The notes under the pieces were generated by a model. The model had not been told where the DNA came from, ran no database searches, and saw nothing but the letters and a program-made list of their open reading frames with translations. 64,000 nt of DNA from contig NC_068987.1 in NCBI RefSeq assembly GCF_001194135.2, positions 5,936,841 to 6,000,840 on the forward strand, given 5' to 3'. Position 1 is the stretch's first letter, and each line of letters starts with the position of its first letter. This document shows positions 51,721 to 64,000 of the stretch, piece by piece. A program made the position numbers and the translations under genes. The DNA is from Octopus bimaculoides (lineage: Eukaryota).

Positions 51721-52111
51721 CCTTATATACACAATGTCACGCGTTAAGTGAGAGATATGTAATCTTTAAGGAAATGCAAGAAGAAATTCTGTTACCATTT
51801 CTGCCATTTACCAAAGATTTGACGTAGTAACTGATCTTCCTAATTTACTCGCGTAATCTTTCATGAATTATAGAGTCTACGGTAATAATCCCTCTTTCAT
51901 CTAAACGCTTATTACACTCAGAATGCAAATCCGATCACAGCTTTGTCTCCAATTAATAATGAATAGATAAAATGTAAAAGATACAATGAAATTCAATTTT
52001 CTTTATCTTTTCTGTAATTTGCTCGTGAAAATGTTTACTTAAAGCCTTTTTCTCATCTACCAAGTATTTTAAACTTATAACTATAAATAGCTCATTACTT
52101 AAACATTCTTT

Positions 52112-52154
<43 letters not shown>

Positions 52155-52157
<3 letters not shown>

Positions 52158-52278
52158 CATTCCGTCAGTTACGACTAAGAGGGTTCGAGTTGATCCAAGC
52201 AATGGAACAGCCTGCGCACGAAATTAACGTGCAAGTGGCTGAACATTCCGCAGGCACGCGTAACCTCAATGTAGTTCT
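52155..52278 (-). mobile_element. SINE family 3 3' fragment
   Basis: Matches the tail of 48736-48860. Confidence 0.8.
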
Positions 52279-52281
52279 TAG

Positions 52282-52805
52282 TTTAGGACTAAAAAACTTT
52301 AGGACTAAAAAATACCCACCACCAAATGCTATACTAGCAGTTTTTGAAGATGAATGATGGTTAGCAGTGAAAAATGTGAAATTTAAGAAATATCTCCTTA
52401 AAGGAAATGAACATTTAAAAAAACTTAAATCGATAATCCTGTACCTTAAGAAAATAAATGGAGTTATAGTACATTTGGACAAGTCTGGTAATGTATATAA
52501 TCATAATATAAACTACTATCATGAACTACTTAGAAAGGAAATTAGATAAATTATAGGAAAGCGGATAAAATCATATCAAGAAGACTTAGCTTAATATCCA
52601 AGCAAATAATGACTGAATTTAAAATTGACAATGGAACTGAACCTTTTGAACCAAACAGACAGAATTATTTTAAAAGACCAAAAGGACAATTTCTATAGTA
52701 ATCCAAAAGGAAGATAAAAGTTGCTCAGGTAAATCTGACCTGGGCATAAGAAGCAATGCTATTATCGATAAGTACATACCGATTCTCAAGAAAACAATAA
52801 TGTTG
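52282..52805 (+). pseudogene. Decayed Penelope-like element ORF (N-terminal region leading into the RT)
   Basis: Across stops and frameshifts: GLKNFRTKKYPPPNAILAVFEDE*WLAVKNVKFKK...VHLDKSGNVY...YHELLRKEI / NYRKADK...IDNGTE / LKDQKDNFYSNPKGR / SGKSDLGIRSNAIIDK, collinear with the PLE pattern GF.....PP....L..FE.DL.....N.KF...DK..N.Y...LL...I...YKK...LKDHK.NF..NP..RLINP.KS.LG.ISK..LD. Confidence 0.8.
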
Positions 52806-53486
52806 CAAGTTTCGTGTATGAATGTTTAGAGCTAGTCAGCAATTGTCTCCAAATATGTTTTCATAGGGAGAAATATTATGCTTGGCGCCTGGTCTCCGCT
52901 GGCTTACAAGCCTTTTATCCGGCACCAGCATTTATGATTGAGCTTTTGAATACAAATACGTTTTGACTATTCTGTAATTTACAACTTCAGTGTGTTATCT
53001 ACCGTTCCTGATTCACAAACTGTTGTCCCTTCATTTTACATTTCTTAAATGTTGGAAATTTGCCTTGTTGATTACCTGTTGATTACCGACATGTTACTTC
53101 TCATTTGTATTTGCTAAGCCTCGTGAGCTGAGGGTCTCATGGATACTGTGCGCACGGCGTACCTGACTGTACAATGTATACGTCACAAAACAAAACAAAA
53201 AACAAATTTTAATGACACAATTGTGGAAGTACCAGATAACTCATTCGTCTGATTTTAATTTTGCTTTTTAAGCTACGCTCAAGGTTCCATTCCTCTTGGG
53301 GTACTATTAGAGAAGCGAATTACCAAACAACTGTGAATTTCTCTTCATCGATATATTCCAAACTGTCAGAATAGATTGGTAAACTCTGATTTACGCCGTT
53401 CTGTGTTGCTCTTAATTGTGGTATGGTCGGATATGTTTGTGTCGATATTTCATGAATTCCTTTTAATTAATTCCATCGATATATGT

Positions 53487-53522
<36 letters not shown>

Positions 53523-54073
53523 GCATACATACATACATACATATATATATATATATATNNNNNNNNNNNNNNNNNNNNNNNNNNNNNNNNNNNNNNNNNN
53601 NNNNNNNNNNNNNNNNNNNNNNNNNNNNNNNNNNNNNNNNNNNNNNNNNNNNNNNNNNNNNNNNNNNNNNNNNNNNNNNNNNNNNNNNNNNNNNNNNNNN
53701 NNNNNNNNNNNNNNNNNNNNNNNNNNNNNNNNNNNNNNNNNNNNNNNNNNNNNNNNNNNNNNNNNNNNNNNNNNNNNNNNNNNNNNNNNNNNNNNNNNNN
53801 NNNNNNNNNNNNNNNNNNNNNNNNNNNNNNNNNNNNNNNNNNNNNNNNNNNNNNNNNNNNNNNNNNNNNNNNNNNNNNNNNNNNNNNNNNNNNNNNNNNN
53901 NNNNNNNNNNNNNNNNNNNNNNNNNNNNNNNNNNNNNNNNNNNNNNNNNNNNNNNNNNNNNNNNNNNNNNNNNNNNNNNNNNNNNNNNNNNNNNNNNNNN
54001 NNNNNNNNNNNNNNNNNNNNNNNNNNNNNNNNNNNNNNNNNNNNNNNNNNNNNNNNNNNNNNNNNNNNNNNNN

Positions 54074-54122
<49 letters not shown>

Positions 54123-54124
54123 AA

Positions 54125-54157
<33 letters not shown>

Positions 54158-54474
54158 TCACACAAATCTGTATTGTTGGTGATAACGATGTAGCTGCTGT
54201 TGCAGGACTTACCGATTATGTGAATTACAATGATGGTAATGATGTCAATCACTCCGCAGCCGGTGAAACCAGGCAAATGGGAGAAGATAAGGAGATGTCT
54301 GTGCAAAATGACAGAGAGAAACGATATCACAGTAAATAGCGACGTCCACGAAACCCGTAATGATAACAGTTATGACAATGCTATTTCTCTTCGGCCCAGG
54401 CATATGCATTGTTCATGTGTTATATGCCTATCATCATCATGGTCCTCATTATTATTATTATCATTATTATTATT

Positions 54475-54763
54475 GATCAGTAGTTTTATTTTTATAACGT
54501 GCTTTCACTTCACTACCGAGCGCAGCTCTGTGCGCCTTGGGTATGTGCTGTGGTTTGCTGTGGTGCTCTTATGGTTACTGTATTGAAAGTGTTTTGCGTA
54601 GAATGTGTGCTGTGCCCAGTAGTGCAATTTTCTGTATGTTATATATATTTGTAAGTCCTGGTGTTTTTGTTATGTATTTGTCTGAATATTTTTTTATTAT
54701 ACCTAAGGCACCTACTATGATAGGAATTGTTTCTGTTTTTAGATTCCACATTCGAGTTATCTC
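54475..54763 (-). mobile_element. R4/Dong-like non-LTR retrotransposon 3' end inserted in (TAA)n
   Basis: Uninterrupted 62 codons EITRMWNLKTETIPIIVGALGIIKKYSDKYITKTPGLTNIYNIQKIALLGTAHILRKTLSIQ* (54763-54575) matching the restriction-like endonuclease C-terminus, about 100 bp of 3' UTR, and AAT repeats on both sides. Confidence 0.9.
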
Positions 54764-54806
<43 letters not shown>

Positions 54807-55790
54807 TTACNNNNNNNNNNNNNNNNNNNNNNNNNNNNNNNNNNNNNNNNNNNNNNNNNNNNNNNNNNNNNNNNNNNNNNNNNNNNNNNNNNNNNNNNNN
54901 NNNNNNNNNNNNNNNNNNNNNNNNNNNNNNNNNNNNNNNNNNNNNNNNNNNNNNNNNNNNNNNNNNNNNNNNNNNNNNNNNNNNNNNNNNNNNNNNNNNN
55001 NNNNNNNNNNNNNNNNNNNNNNNNNNNNNNNNNNNNNNNNNNNNNNNNNNNNNNNNNNNNNNNNNNNNNNNNNNNNNNNNNNNNNNNNNNNNNNNNNNNN
55101 NNNNNNNNNNNNNNNNNNNNNNNNNNNNNNNNNNNNNNNNNNNNNNNNNNNNNNNNNNNNNNNNNNNNNNNNNNNNNNNNNNNNNNNNNNNNNNNNNNNN
55201 NNNNNNNNNNNNNNNNNNNNNNNNNNNNNNNNNNNNNNNNNNNNNNNNNNNNNNNNNNNNNNNNNNNNNNNNNNNNNNNNNNNNNNNNNNNNNNNNNNNN
55301 NNNNNNNNNNNNNNNNNNNNNNNNNNNNNNNNNNNNNNNNNNNNNNNNNNNNNNNNNNNNNNNNNNNNNNNNNNNNNNNNNNNNNNNNNNNNNNNNNNNN
55401 NNNNNNNNNNNNNNNNNNNNNNNNNNNNNNNNNNNNNNNNNNNNNNNNNNNNNNNNNNNNNNNNNNNNNNNNNNNNNNNNNNNNNNNNNNNNNNNNNNNN
55501 NNNNNNNNNNNNNNNNNNNNNNNNNNNNNNNNNNNNNNNNNNNNNNNNNNNNNNNNNNNNNNNNNNNNNNNNNNNNNNNNNNNNNNNNNNNNNNNNNNNN
55601 NNNNNNNNNNNNNNNNNNNNNNNNNNNNNNNNNNNNNNNNNNNNNNNNNNNNNNNNNNNNNNNNNNNNNNNNNNNNNNNNNNNNNNNNNNNNNNNNNNNN
55701 NNNNNNNNNNNNNNNNNNNNNNNNNNNNNNNNNNNNNNNNNNNNNNNNNNNNNNNNNNNNNNNNNNNNNNNNNNNNNNNNNNNNNNNNNN

Positions 55791-55821
<31 letters not shown>

Positions 55822-56759
55822 ATTGTTAAGTAAATATACTACTGTATATGTTTTGTGTATTTTCTGGTGGCTGCAACGGCGTAGTAGAGTATATAACTCC
55901 CATGTCGCCGATGCTGAGAATGGTGGACATCAATGTGTCACCATTTTAGTGGCTTGCGATATGTCTTTGTTTTGTGCGAGTGTGTGCGTGCGTGTTTGTG
56001 TGCGTGGATGGTTTTAGTTTGTAATGGTTGACTATATTTAAGTTTATTTACATTTTATCCTTGTAGTTTCATTACTCTGGAGATAGTGGTAGTGAGTGGT
56101 ATGTGTATGTGGAGGGGAATTTCTGCTTCATTAAATTTGCTATTGAATTTATGTATCCCATAAGAGCGTCCGTTTATTGTGTATACCGCTTATGTAACCT
56201 GTCAAAATGCACAATCATTCCAATATGAAAAAAGTAATTTTTTATTTCAGCATTCTTTATTGAGTAAAGTTATTTCTGTATGTCATATTAATAGATTGTA
56301 GATGCTTCCATATAATTATCTATCTATATATATATATAGAATAGTGGTACAACAATGCACCAATATTTACTGGAAATAGCAGTCGATAAATATACGACGC
56401 TGTAGTAAAGCTTCACTGTATGTATATATATATATATATATNNNNNNNNNNNNNNNNNNNNNNNNNNNNNNNNNNNNNNNNNNNNNNNNNNNNNNNNNNN
56501 NNNNNNNNNNNNNNNNNNNNNNNNNNNNNNNNNNNNNNNNNNNNNNNNNNNNNNNNNNNNNNNNNNNNNNNNNNNNNNNNNNNNNNNNNNNNNNNNNNNN
56601 NNNNNNNNNNNNNNNNNNNNNNNNNNNNNNNNNNNNNNNNNNNNNNNNNNNNNNNNNNNNNNNNNNNNNNNNNNNNNNNNNNNNNNNNNNNNNNNNNNNN
56701 NNNNNNNNNNNNNNNNNNNNNNNNNNNNNNNNGCGTCACACATGATAATCGCGCATTTT

Positions 56760-57790
56760 CATCTTTTTTGTCTGGGAGGAAGGAGTTTGAGACTTTTTGT
56801 CTGTATGTATTTTATTTTTCCTCTATTAGAGGGGGATGGGAAGGCTTGGTGCCTGTAGGGGAAAGGTAGGACGAAGAGGGTTTGGGTGGTTGTGAGGTTG
56901 TTATGGGACTTTTTTTCTTTTTGTTTTGCTTCTTTTATAGATAGTTTCACTTTCAATGTCCTTTTCTTCTGTTACTATTTTTTGCTCTTCCGTATTCACT
57001 TGCTCCTCTTGTGGATCCTTTTCCTGAGTCTCCTCCATCTTTTTGGTCGGTGAAGGGCGGTCCGCTCTGATGTGAGCCTTTAAGTCGCATTTAAAGCATT
57101 GAGGGATTCTGCCCTCCATCCTTACTCTGTCATGCTTTCCAAATTTTCTTGTGATCCCTGAATGATCATATCTAACGTTTGTCCTTTCCAACTGGAAGAC
57201 TGCTAATTCATCCACCCAATCCGCCACATCAAATTTGGGTTGAATTCCCTCTACCCTAACCCTGGAAACTCGCCTTCCAAGGTATTTGGGTAGAAGTACC
57301 ACACTATCAGTTCTTAAAGGAGTTGCCGAGCCGAGTTCTGTCTTGCCTTGGCTGCCACTCTGAGGCGAACCTCCCCTGTACCAAATTTACTTCCCCTGGC
57401 AAGTTATTACATATCTTGCCAAATAGGTTTCAAGGCCTTCTCTATTTTATCTGTTAGAATAATTTCGATTTTCTTTGCTTCTGTAGAATATACTTTGTAT
57501 ATAATTTTCTTTTCGTTCTTAAATTTCATGACTCCTTGATGAGGGGACAATTTTACATCGCCACCATCTCTATTTAACATCTTCTTGTAACTCTTTAACT
57601 TGGTTAAATTTACCTCCTTATTCTGTGCCTCCGCAACTTTTGCAAAACTTTTCTTCTCTTCCATTTTCTTGTCCGTTTTTTTAATACATTTTAGAAGTTC
57701 GTCTTCCGAGGAGGACAGCTCTGAAGAGCTGCAATCCTCATACCACATTTCAAAACAAGCTGCCACAAAGCAGCAAACAGTTCGCAAAAG
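56760..57790 (-). pseudogene. Decayed gag-like ORF1 of a non-LTR retrotransposon (L1/Tx1-like) with a zinc knuckle
   Basis: Pieces 57787-57407 and 57302-56901 are joined by ARGSKFGTGEVRLR across stops; SFAKVA motif; CFKCDLKAHIRADR is C-X2-C-X4-H-X4-C with the last Cys codon TGC changed to CGC; K/E-rich tail. Confidence 0.7.
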
Positions 57791-58105
57791 TGTTCAAACG
57801 AACACTAACAGAAAATTACAACACAAAATTACAACACAAAAATTCAGCACATCTTAACACTATGAAAAATACCAGTAGAATAACTTACTAACAACCTGAG
57901 GCCATACTAATGTCCCCTCAACGATTAGCCAAAGATGATTTTCAAAATGAGAATATCTGAAATAAACTCGACTGCTCTGACAAACAGGAAATCTAAAAAT
58001 GAACCCGATCACTCTCAAAAATTGACTAAAGAAACAAAAAAGGAAAAATGATCCAAATTATACATACATATATATATGTGTGTGTATTTATATATACGTA
58101 TGTAT

Positions 58106-58222
<117 letters not shown>

Positions 58223-58578
58223 CACACATAAATTCATACATACAAATGTGTATGTTGGCATGTGTGTTCCGGTGTATATAGGTGTTAGCTTGATTGCGTG
58301 CTTATGTGCATTGTAAATATATTCCTATATAATGCTTGAAAAAATAGCTAGCGTGATTTAAACTTAGATATAAGTACGCATAAGTAACTAACTCATAGAA
58401 GAGATTATTTTCGTACAGCACAGTTTCTTGACTTCATTAATATTAGAATATAGTAAATATGTTTGGAGTAAACTAACTCTATCCGTATAGTGTGGTCTTA
58501 AATGGCTTGTTTGTTGAAAACACTATTCAGCTAACTTAGCATCGAAACAGCGTTTGATTTAATGCGTCGTAGTGTTAA

Positions 58579-58900
58579 GACGGCGAGCTAGTAAAATCGT
58601 TTGGACGACGGGTAACGTACTCACTGGCATCTATGCTGGCTTTATGTTCTGAGTTCACAGGCATATGTATAACTTATCTGATATGCATATATGACAGATA
58701 GTATTACTGTTATTTTACAGTAGAATGGCGTCGACGTGGCAAAATCGTTTGCGCGTTGGCTAAAATGCATAGCGTTATTTCTTCTGTCTGTACGTCTTGT
58801 GTTCGAATTCCGCCCAGGGCGACTTTCTAGTTTAGCCTTTCGTGAGAAATAAAATAAGCATCGGTCGAGCATTAGTTTTGATGTAATTGAGTTGCCTCCC
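58579..58900 (+). mobile_element. Two degraded SINE family 1 heads/copies
   Basis: GGCGAGCTAGTAAAATCGTT and GGCAAAATCGTT...GTTCGAATTCCGCC...GCCTTTCG boxes. Confidence 0.65.
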
Positions 58901-58920
58901 CACCCACCCCCACATGACAC

Positions 58921-59195
58921 AATAGTTAGAGCGTTGGGCTCACAATTAGTGAGTTCGATTCCCGGACCGGGCTGTGTGTTGTGTTCTTGAGCAAGACACT
59001 TTATTTCACGTTGCTCCAGTTCACTCAGCTGTAGAAAGGAGATGCGACGTCACTGGTGCCAAGCTGTATCAGCCTTCGTCCTCCCCTTGGATAACATCGG
59101 TGGCATGGACAGGAGAGGTTGGTATGCATAGGCGACTGTTGGTCTTCCATAAACAACCTTGCCCGGACATTCAAGGTTCAATCCTATGGTCATTC
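58921..59195 (+). mobile_element. tRNA-headed SINE (family 4-type head with a distinct 3' body)
   Basis: B-box GAGTTCGATTCCCGG and GTGTTCTTGAGCAAGACACTTTATTTCACGTTGCTCCAGTTCACTCAGCTG box. Confidence 0.75.
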
Positions 59196-59310
59196 ATGGC
59201 TGAAGGATGTCTTTACTCTTTTTACACTTTAGAAAGGAATATATTATGATGCGGTTGCATCTAGGAAAGGAGAATTTTTGCAACTCAACATTATTGGCTT
59301 CCAAATATAT

Positions 59311-59520
59311 TTATTTCTTTATTGCCCATATGGGGCTGCACATAGAGGGAACAAACAAGGACAGACAAAGAGATTAAGTAACTGGTGCTTATTTATTCAA
59401 CCCCGAAAGGATGAAAGGCAAAGTCGACCGCGCTGGAATTTGAACTCAGAACGTAACGACAGACAAAATACCGCTAAGCATTTCGCCCGGTGTGCTAACG
59501 TTTCTGCCAGCTAACCGCCT
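59311..59520 (-). mobile_element. SINE family 1 copy (tail B)
   Basis: Reverse complement of the tail B end and head. Confidence 0.9.
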
Positions 59521-60134
59521 AGACGACCAAAATATATTGAAAAGAAATTACTCTATGAGAAGTTTTATTCTCTCCCTTTTTTATATTTTTACGCTGGGGT
59601 CGAATATTTAACATTCAGAATTAAATATGCACTTTTGTAAATGGAAATGTATTTCTAAAATAATCTATATTTAAATAGGTTTTAATGAACAAGCTAAAAT
59701 AATCACTTTATTAATACTGCTATATTTTTTCATTTAGCTAAATGAAAAAACATTTCAAGAATATAAAGGAAAATTTATTCTGCCAAAAAGTTGGTATCGC
59801 TTTCTGTGAATATTTAATGTAAGAATATTTAAATATTAACGAAACAAATGACCAAAAAGAGGATAAATACGAGTCAAACAAAAGTTGTGTTTAGAAACAA
59901 AGAAATATAACGACAGCTAGAGAAGAAAAGGCTTGAAGTGGTATGATGTTGAATACTATTATGGTTTCTAAAAATATATTGAACTGAAAGGAGACAAAAT
60001 TGAAAAGAAAAAAATAGTGAATTATTGAAAATAAATTTTTATTATTAAATATATAAATAGGCCGATGTACCAAGTGAAAGTCTTACACCTATCCACACGC
60101 ATCCATTCAAGTAACACACACACACACACACACA

Positions 60135-60468
60135 CATATAGGGTGTTCAAAATGTCTCTCCGCAATACGTATTTTATTGCAAAATTTGAGAAAATTTGGT
60201 TTTCCTTTCCCTCTTTCTGTTGTATGTAACAATCGTCTTCTTTACTCTGTCACTGCAGTTCTGAATCCCTGAGTTCGAATTCTATTCCTGCTCCACGCTG
60301 AAAGCTTTGCAGATTCCAGACGTTCGTTTATTTTTCAGTTTCTTTCACTCATTCTTTATTTTTCATTTACATCTTCGCTACTTTAGAAATCATTCTACGT
60401 TCCTTGCTTTTTCTTTCTCTCAATACCCACCAATTTACAACAGCTTCTTCCTTCAACTAATTTTAACC

Positions 60469-60534
<66 letters not shown>

Positions 60535-61800
60535 NNNNNNNNNNNNNNNNNNNNNNNNNNNNNNNNNNNNNNNNNNNNNNNNNNNNNNNNNNNNNNNNNN
60601 NNNNNNNNNNNNNNNNNNNNNNNNNNNNNNNNNNNNNNNNNNNNNNNNNNNNNNNNNNNNNNNNNNNNNNNNNNNNNNNNNNNNNNNNNNNNNNNNNNNN
60701 NNNNNNNNNNNNNNNNNNNNNNNNNNNNNNNNNNNNNNNNNNNNNNNNNNNNNNNNNNNNNNNNNNNNNNNNNNNNNNNNNNNNNNNNNNNNNNNNNNNN
60801 NNNNNNNNNNNNNNNNNNNNNNNNNNNNNNNNNNNNNNNNNNNNNNNNNNNNNNNNNNNNNNNNNNNNNNNNNNNNNNNNNNNNNNNNNNNNNNNNNNNN
60901 NNNNNNNNNNNNNNNNNNNNNNNNNNNNNNNNNNNNNNNNNNNNNNNNNNNNNNNNNNNNNNNNNNNNNNNNNNNNNNNNNNNNNNNNNNNNNNNNNNNN
61001 NNNNNNNNNNNNNNNNNNNNNNNNNAAAAAAAAACTTTAGAAAATGTAAAAGGATAAATTCTTCATGAGAATAATGGCGGCATGGACCCATCTACTCTAA
61101 CGAAACCGGTTTGGAGATCAGACAAATTGATTTCAAAGATGTACTCTTACGGAAATTACTATCAAAAGAATCAAATGTGTCTCGCAAATTGTTGCGATCA
61201 TTAATCTCAACAGACAGCAGTCGCTTATGCATCCAGGGGATACCCACACTGATAAATGACACTCAGGTGGATCAGGAAGTACTGAACTATCTGACATAGA
61301 GACATTAGTTATAACAATATAGTAAATAATGTTGCAGCCTAATTTAGCTCTGGTACCCTTTCCAGTAAATTCACAGTAAGAGATTTCACGCAAAGCAAAA
61401 ATTCACCGTAAGAAAAGTTCGCTGTATGGACAATTATATCAGCATTTTTAAGAATTGAAAAACTGATAAAAGGTTTTATAAAAGCATTTAATAGGGAAGG
61501 CCTTATTCAATGTCAATTATTTAAAGAAGAAAAACAATAAAGAAACACACGATGAGGTAGGTTATTTAAAATGAATTTACCTATTATAAAAATGTTTACG
61601 GCAAAATTTCCCGTGATCCTTAGGTGCAGTTGTAAAACTTTGAAGCGTAATGAAATTGTCGTTCGTCGCCGAGAATAATATGTACCAAAGAAGTTCAAGA
61701 TTCATACATTCTAATCAATGAGTTCTGCTGATTTTGAAGGTTTTGGTTTCTAATACGCCTAAAATTAGCCCATGCTAATCAAATGCTTCAATTTCAAGTA
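60135..61800 (+). pseudogene. Possible highly decayed Tc1/mariner transposon spanning a gap
   Basis: TIR-like TATAGGGTGTTCAAAATGTCTCTCCGCA at about 60137, EKFAVWTIISA (KVTVW..IS-like) near 61410-61445 and NTPKISPC (NSPDL.PC-like) near 61752-61775. By eye only. Confidence 0.3.
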
Positions 61801-61914
61801 TTGTAAGTTTCCACACTTCAGTCTGAGAAAACTTGTTTGTTCCTAGACATTTTTAGATTGTTTGTTGAAGCTTGGAAAGCGAACTTGTTCTCATAATTCG
61901 TGTCCTCTATAGTA

Positions 61915-62125
61915 AAATATTGGTTCCCAATTCTGGCATGAGGCCATTGATTTCGAGGAAGCTGGCAAGTCGATTACAAGGACTCCAGTGACCAACTGGT
62001 ACTTCTTTTATTGATCGCGTTAAGATGAAAAGTAAAGTCGACCTCGGTGGAATTTCAATTCAGACGTAAAACCGGATGAAATGCCGCTTAGTATTTTGCC
62101 CGGCGTGCTAACCATTCCGCCAACT
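61915..62125 (-). mobile_element. Diverged SINE family 1 copy
   Basis: AAAGTCGACCTCGGTGGAATTT...GAAATGCCGCTTAG...CCCGGCGTGCTAAC pattern. Confidence 0.8.
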
Positions 62126-63149
62126 TGTTGACTTCTCCGTTGCTAAAATATTAGTGTGAATTCTAATGAGTTGATAAAGGGTTGTTCTTAATTACTAAGG
62201 TTAACTCGGACCTGCGTGTTTGTATGTTTTTGTATATATGCTTGCATGTGTGTTGTATGTTAAGGCGTAAAATGGCATAAAATGGCGAATATAACTTTTG
62301 TGTTAGAAGTATGTACAATCTGATATATATACGTATTATATACATGTATAAATTTATGTGCGTGTGTGTGTGCATTGTATGTATCTATATTCCTCTGTAT
62401 ATATATATATATATATNNNNNNNNNNNNNNNNNNNTATGTATGTATGTATGTATGTATGTATGTATGCATGCATGCGTGTGCCTCTGAATTGTGTATGGG
62501 CCTGTTCATATGGGAAATAACATCAATTACATTCAGAACCACGGTTTTGTTGAATGTATAAAATATATAGAAATTACTTTTTAATCCTTTGAGACTCGAA
62601 ATCGATTGAAAGATCGATGAAATAAAAACAATGCTTCACAAGAATAACGAATGTATACCTTAAACAAACGTACACAGACACATGCACATACACATACATA
62701 CACACACGCGCACAAAAGCACGCATACACACATACACACGCGCAAAAACACACATACACATACACACACATATATTTCCTCTCTTTGCGGAGGTTACCAG
62801 CTACTTATTATCCCCTGGACACTACCAAATTTTCCGACAATTTTACCATCGTTATATAACTTTATCACCTCTCTTGACTATTCCTCTCTTCGCAGAATCG
62901 ATACACATTCACTCTCATTTTCGAAATTCAGTTTACACTTCTTCCCTTTGTTAAAAAATTAGCGATTTCTCCCTACGTAATTTTGCAATTTAGGGTGATC
63001 GGGCGGAATTGGATGATATCTATGCTTTCTTTTGTCAGGTACAGCTTGATGTATTCATGATTGTCAACGGCGTTGGAGAGCATTAAGATTAAAGTTGTAT
63101 TTGAGAAAACTTTAGCTGATATGAAGGAATGAGAGCCAACGGAGTATTT

Positions 63150-63362
63150 TTTTCTGCTCTAGGCACAAGGACCGAAATTTTGGGGTAGGGGACCCAGTCG
63201 ATTAGATCGACACCAGTATGCAACTGGTATTTAATTTATCGACCCCGAAAGGTTGAAAGACAAAGTCGACCTCGGCGAAATTTGAACTCAGAACGTAAAG
63301 ACAGGTGAAATACCGCTAAGCATTTCACCCGGTGTGCTAACGTTACTACCAGCTCGCCGACT
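63150..63362 (-). mobile_element. SINE family 1 copy (tail A)
   Basis: Near-consensus reverse-complement copy. Confidence 0.9.
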
Positions 63363-63407
63363 TCGTTATCGATAATGTTTATGTCTTTATTGCAATCATA
63401 TATATGA

Positions 63408-63590
63408 CGAGCTTCTTTCAGTTTCCGTCTATCAAATCCACTCACAAGGCTTTGGTCGGCCCCAGGCTATAGTAAAAGACACTTGCCCAAAGTGGGACTG
63501 ATCCCGGGACCATGTGGTTGGGAAGCAAGCTACATATTAAACCACTAATTCTGCGCCTAGCATGACTGAAACAAGTAAAAGAAGAATAAA
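63408..63590 (-). mobile_element. SINE family 2 head fragment plus a short 3' end fragment in opposite orientation
   Basis: GAGCTTCTTTCAGTTTCCGTC...CATGTGGTTGGGAAGCAAGCT, followed by GCATGACTGAAACAAGTAAAAG. Confidence 0.8.
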
Positions 63591-63592
63591 TA

Positions 63593-63668
<76 letters not shown>

Positions 63669-63830
63669 TGTACGTATGTATATATGTATGTATGTATATA
63701 TATATATATATGAATATATATATGTATGTATATATATATATATGTATGTTTATATATATGTATATATGTATGTATATATAGATATATATATGTATATATG
63801 TGTGCGTGTATGTACACCTACACATATATA
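63590..63830. repeat. Compound (TA)n/(GA)n/(TATG)n microsatellite
   Basis: Direct inspection. Confidence 0.95.
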
Positions 63831-64000
63831 AAAACCTTTATCATTATTACTATGCACGTGCGTATGAATATATATTTGGATTGCACGTATATTTTTTCGC
63901 CTTATTTAAATAAATCTAATATATACAATGCTAGATTTTATGTTGTCTTATTTCAGCACAAATAACTTGTTCATAAATATTGTTTACGCGCATGTATGGT

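Noticed and set aside
52355-52357. In-frame TGA in the Penelope-like ORF as possible selenocysteine
   Set aside because: The position corresponds to a hydrophobic residue in the PLE pattern, the ORF has other stops and frameshifts, and no SECIS was identified; simple decay is more likely.

Overview
AT-rich, gappy (18 N-runs, almost all bordered by microsatellites) eukaryotic genomic DNA. It is most likely from an octopus: this is an inference from the tRNA-derived SINE families and the extreme (TA)n/(CA)n/(TATG)n/(AAT)n load, not from a database search. No host protein-coding gene, rRNA, intact tRNA or CRISPR array can be supported, and nearly all ORFs in the supplied track are translated microsatellites or gaps. 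The window is a mosaic of mobile DNA: at least four tRNA-headed SINE families (several copies with clear 11-17 bp TSDs), RTE-clade LINE 3' ends, two R4/Dong-like fragments at (TAA)n tracts, a decayed Penelope-like ORF, a decayed gag-like ORF1 with a CCHC knuckle, mariner-type MITEs, hAT-like remnants and a 171-bp LTR-like insertion nested in a SINE. The most notable signal is two distinct non-coding repeat families, each carrying a minimal type I hammerhead ribozyme fold with a palindromic stem III. Family A occurs at 8353-8398 (-) and 19664-19709 (+), is linked to (AAT)n, and one copy has an inverted 5' segment and a 14-bp TSD. Family B occurs at 18594-18651 and 46420-46479 (+), sits in ~550-bp partial-tandem units, and shows compensatory changes in stem I. 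Both look like Penelope pseudo-LTR or retrozyme-type elements. A compact RFX X-box/CRE/ETS motif cluster at ~10.4-10.6 kb and a few weak candidate exons are also noted.
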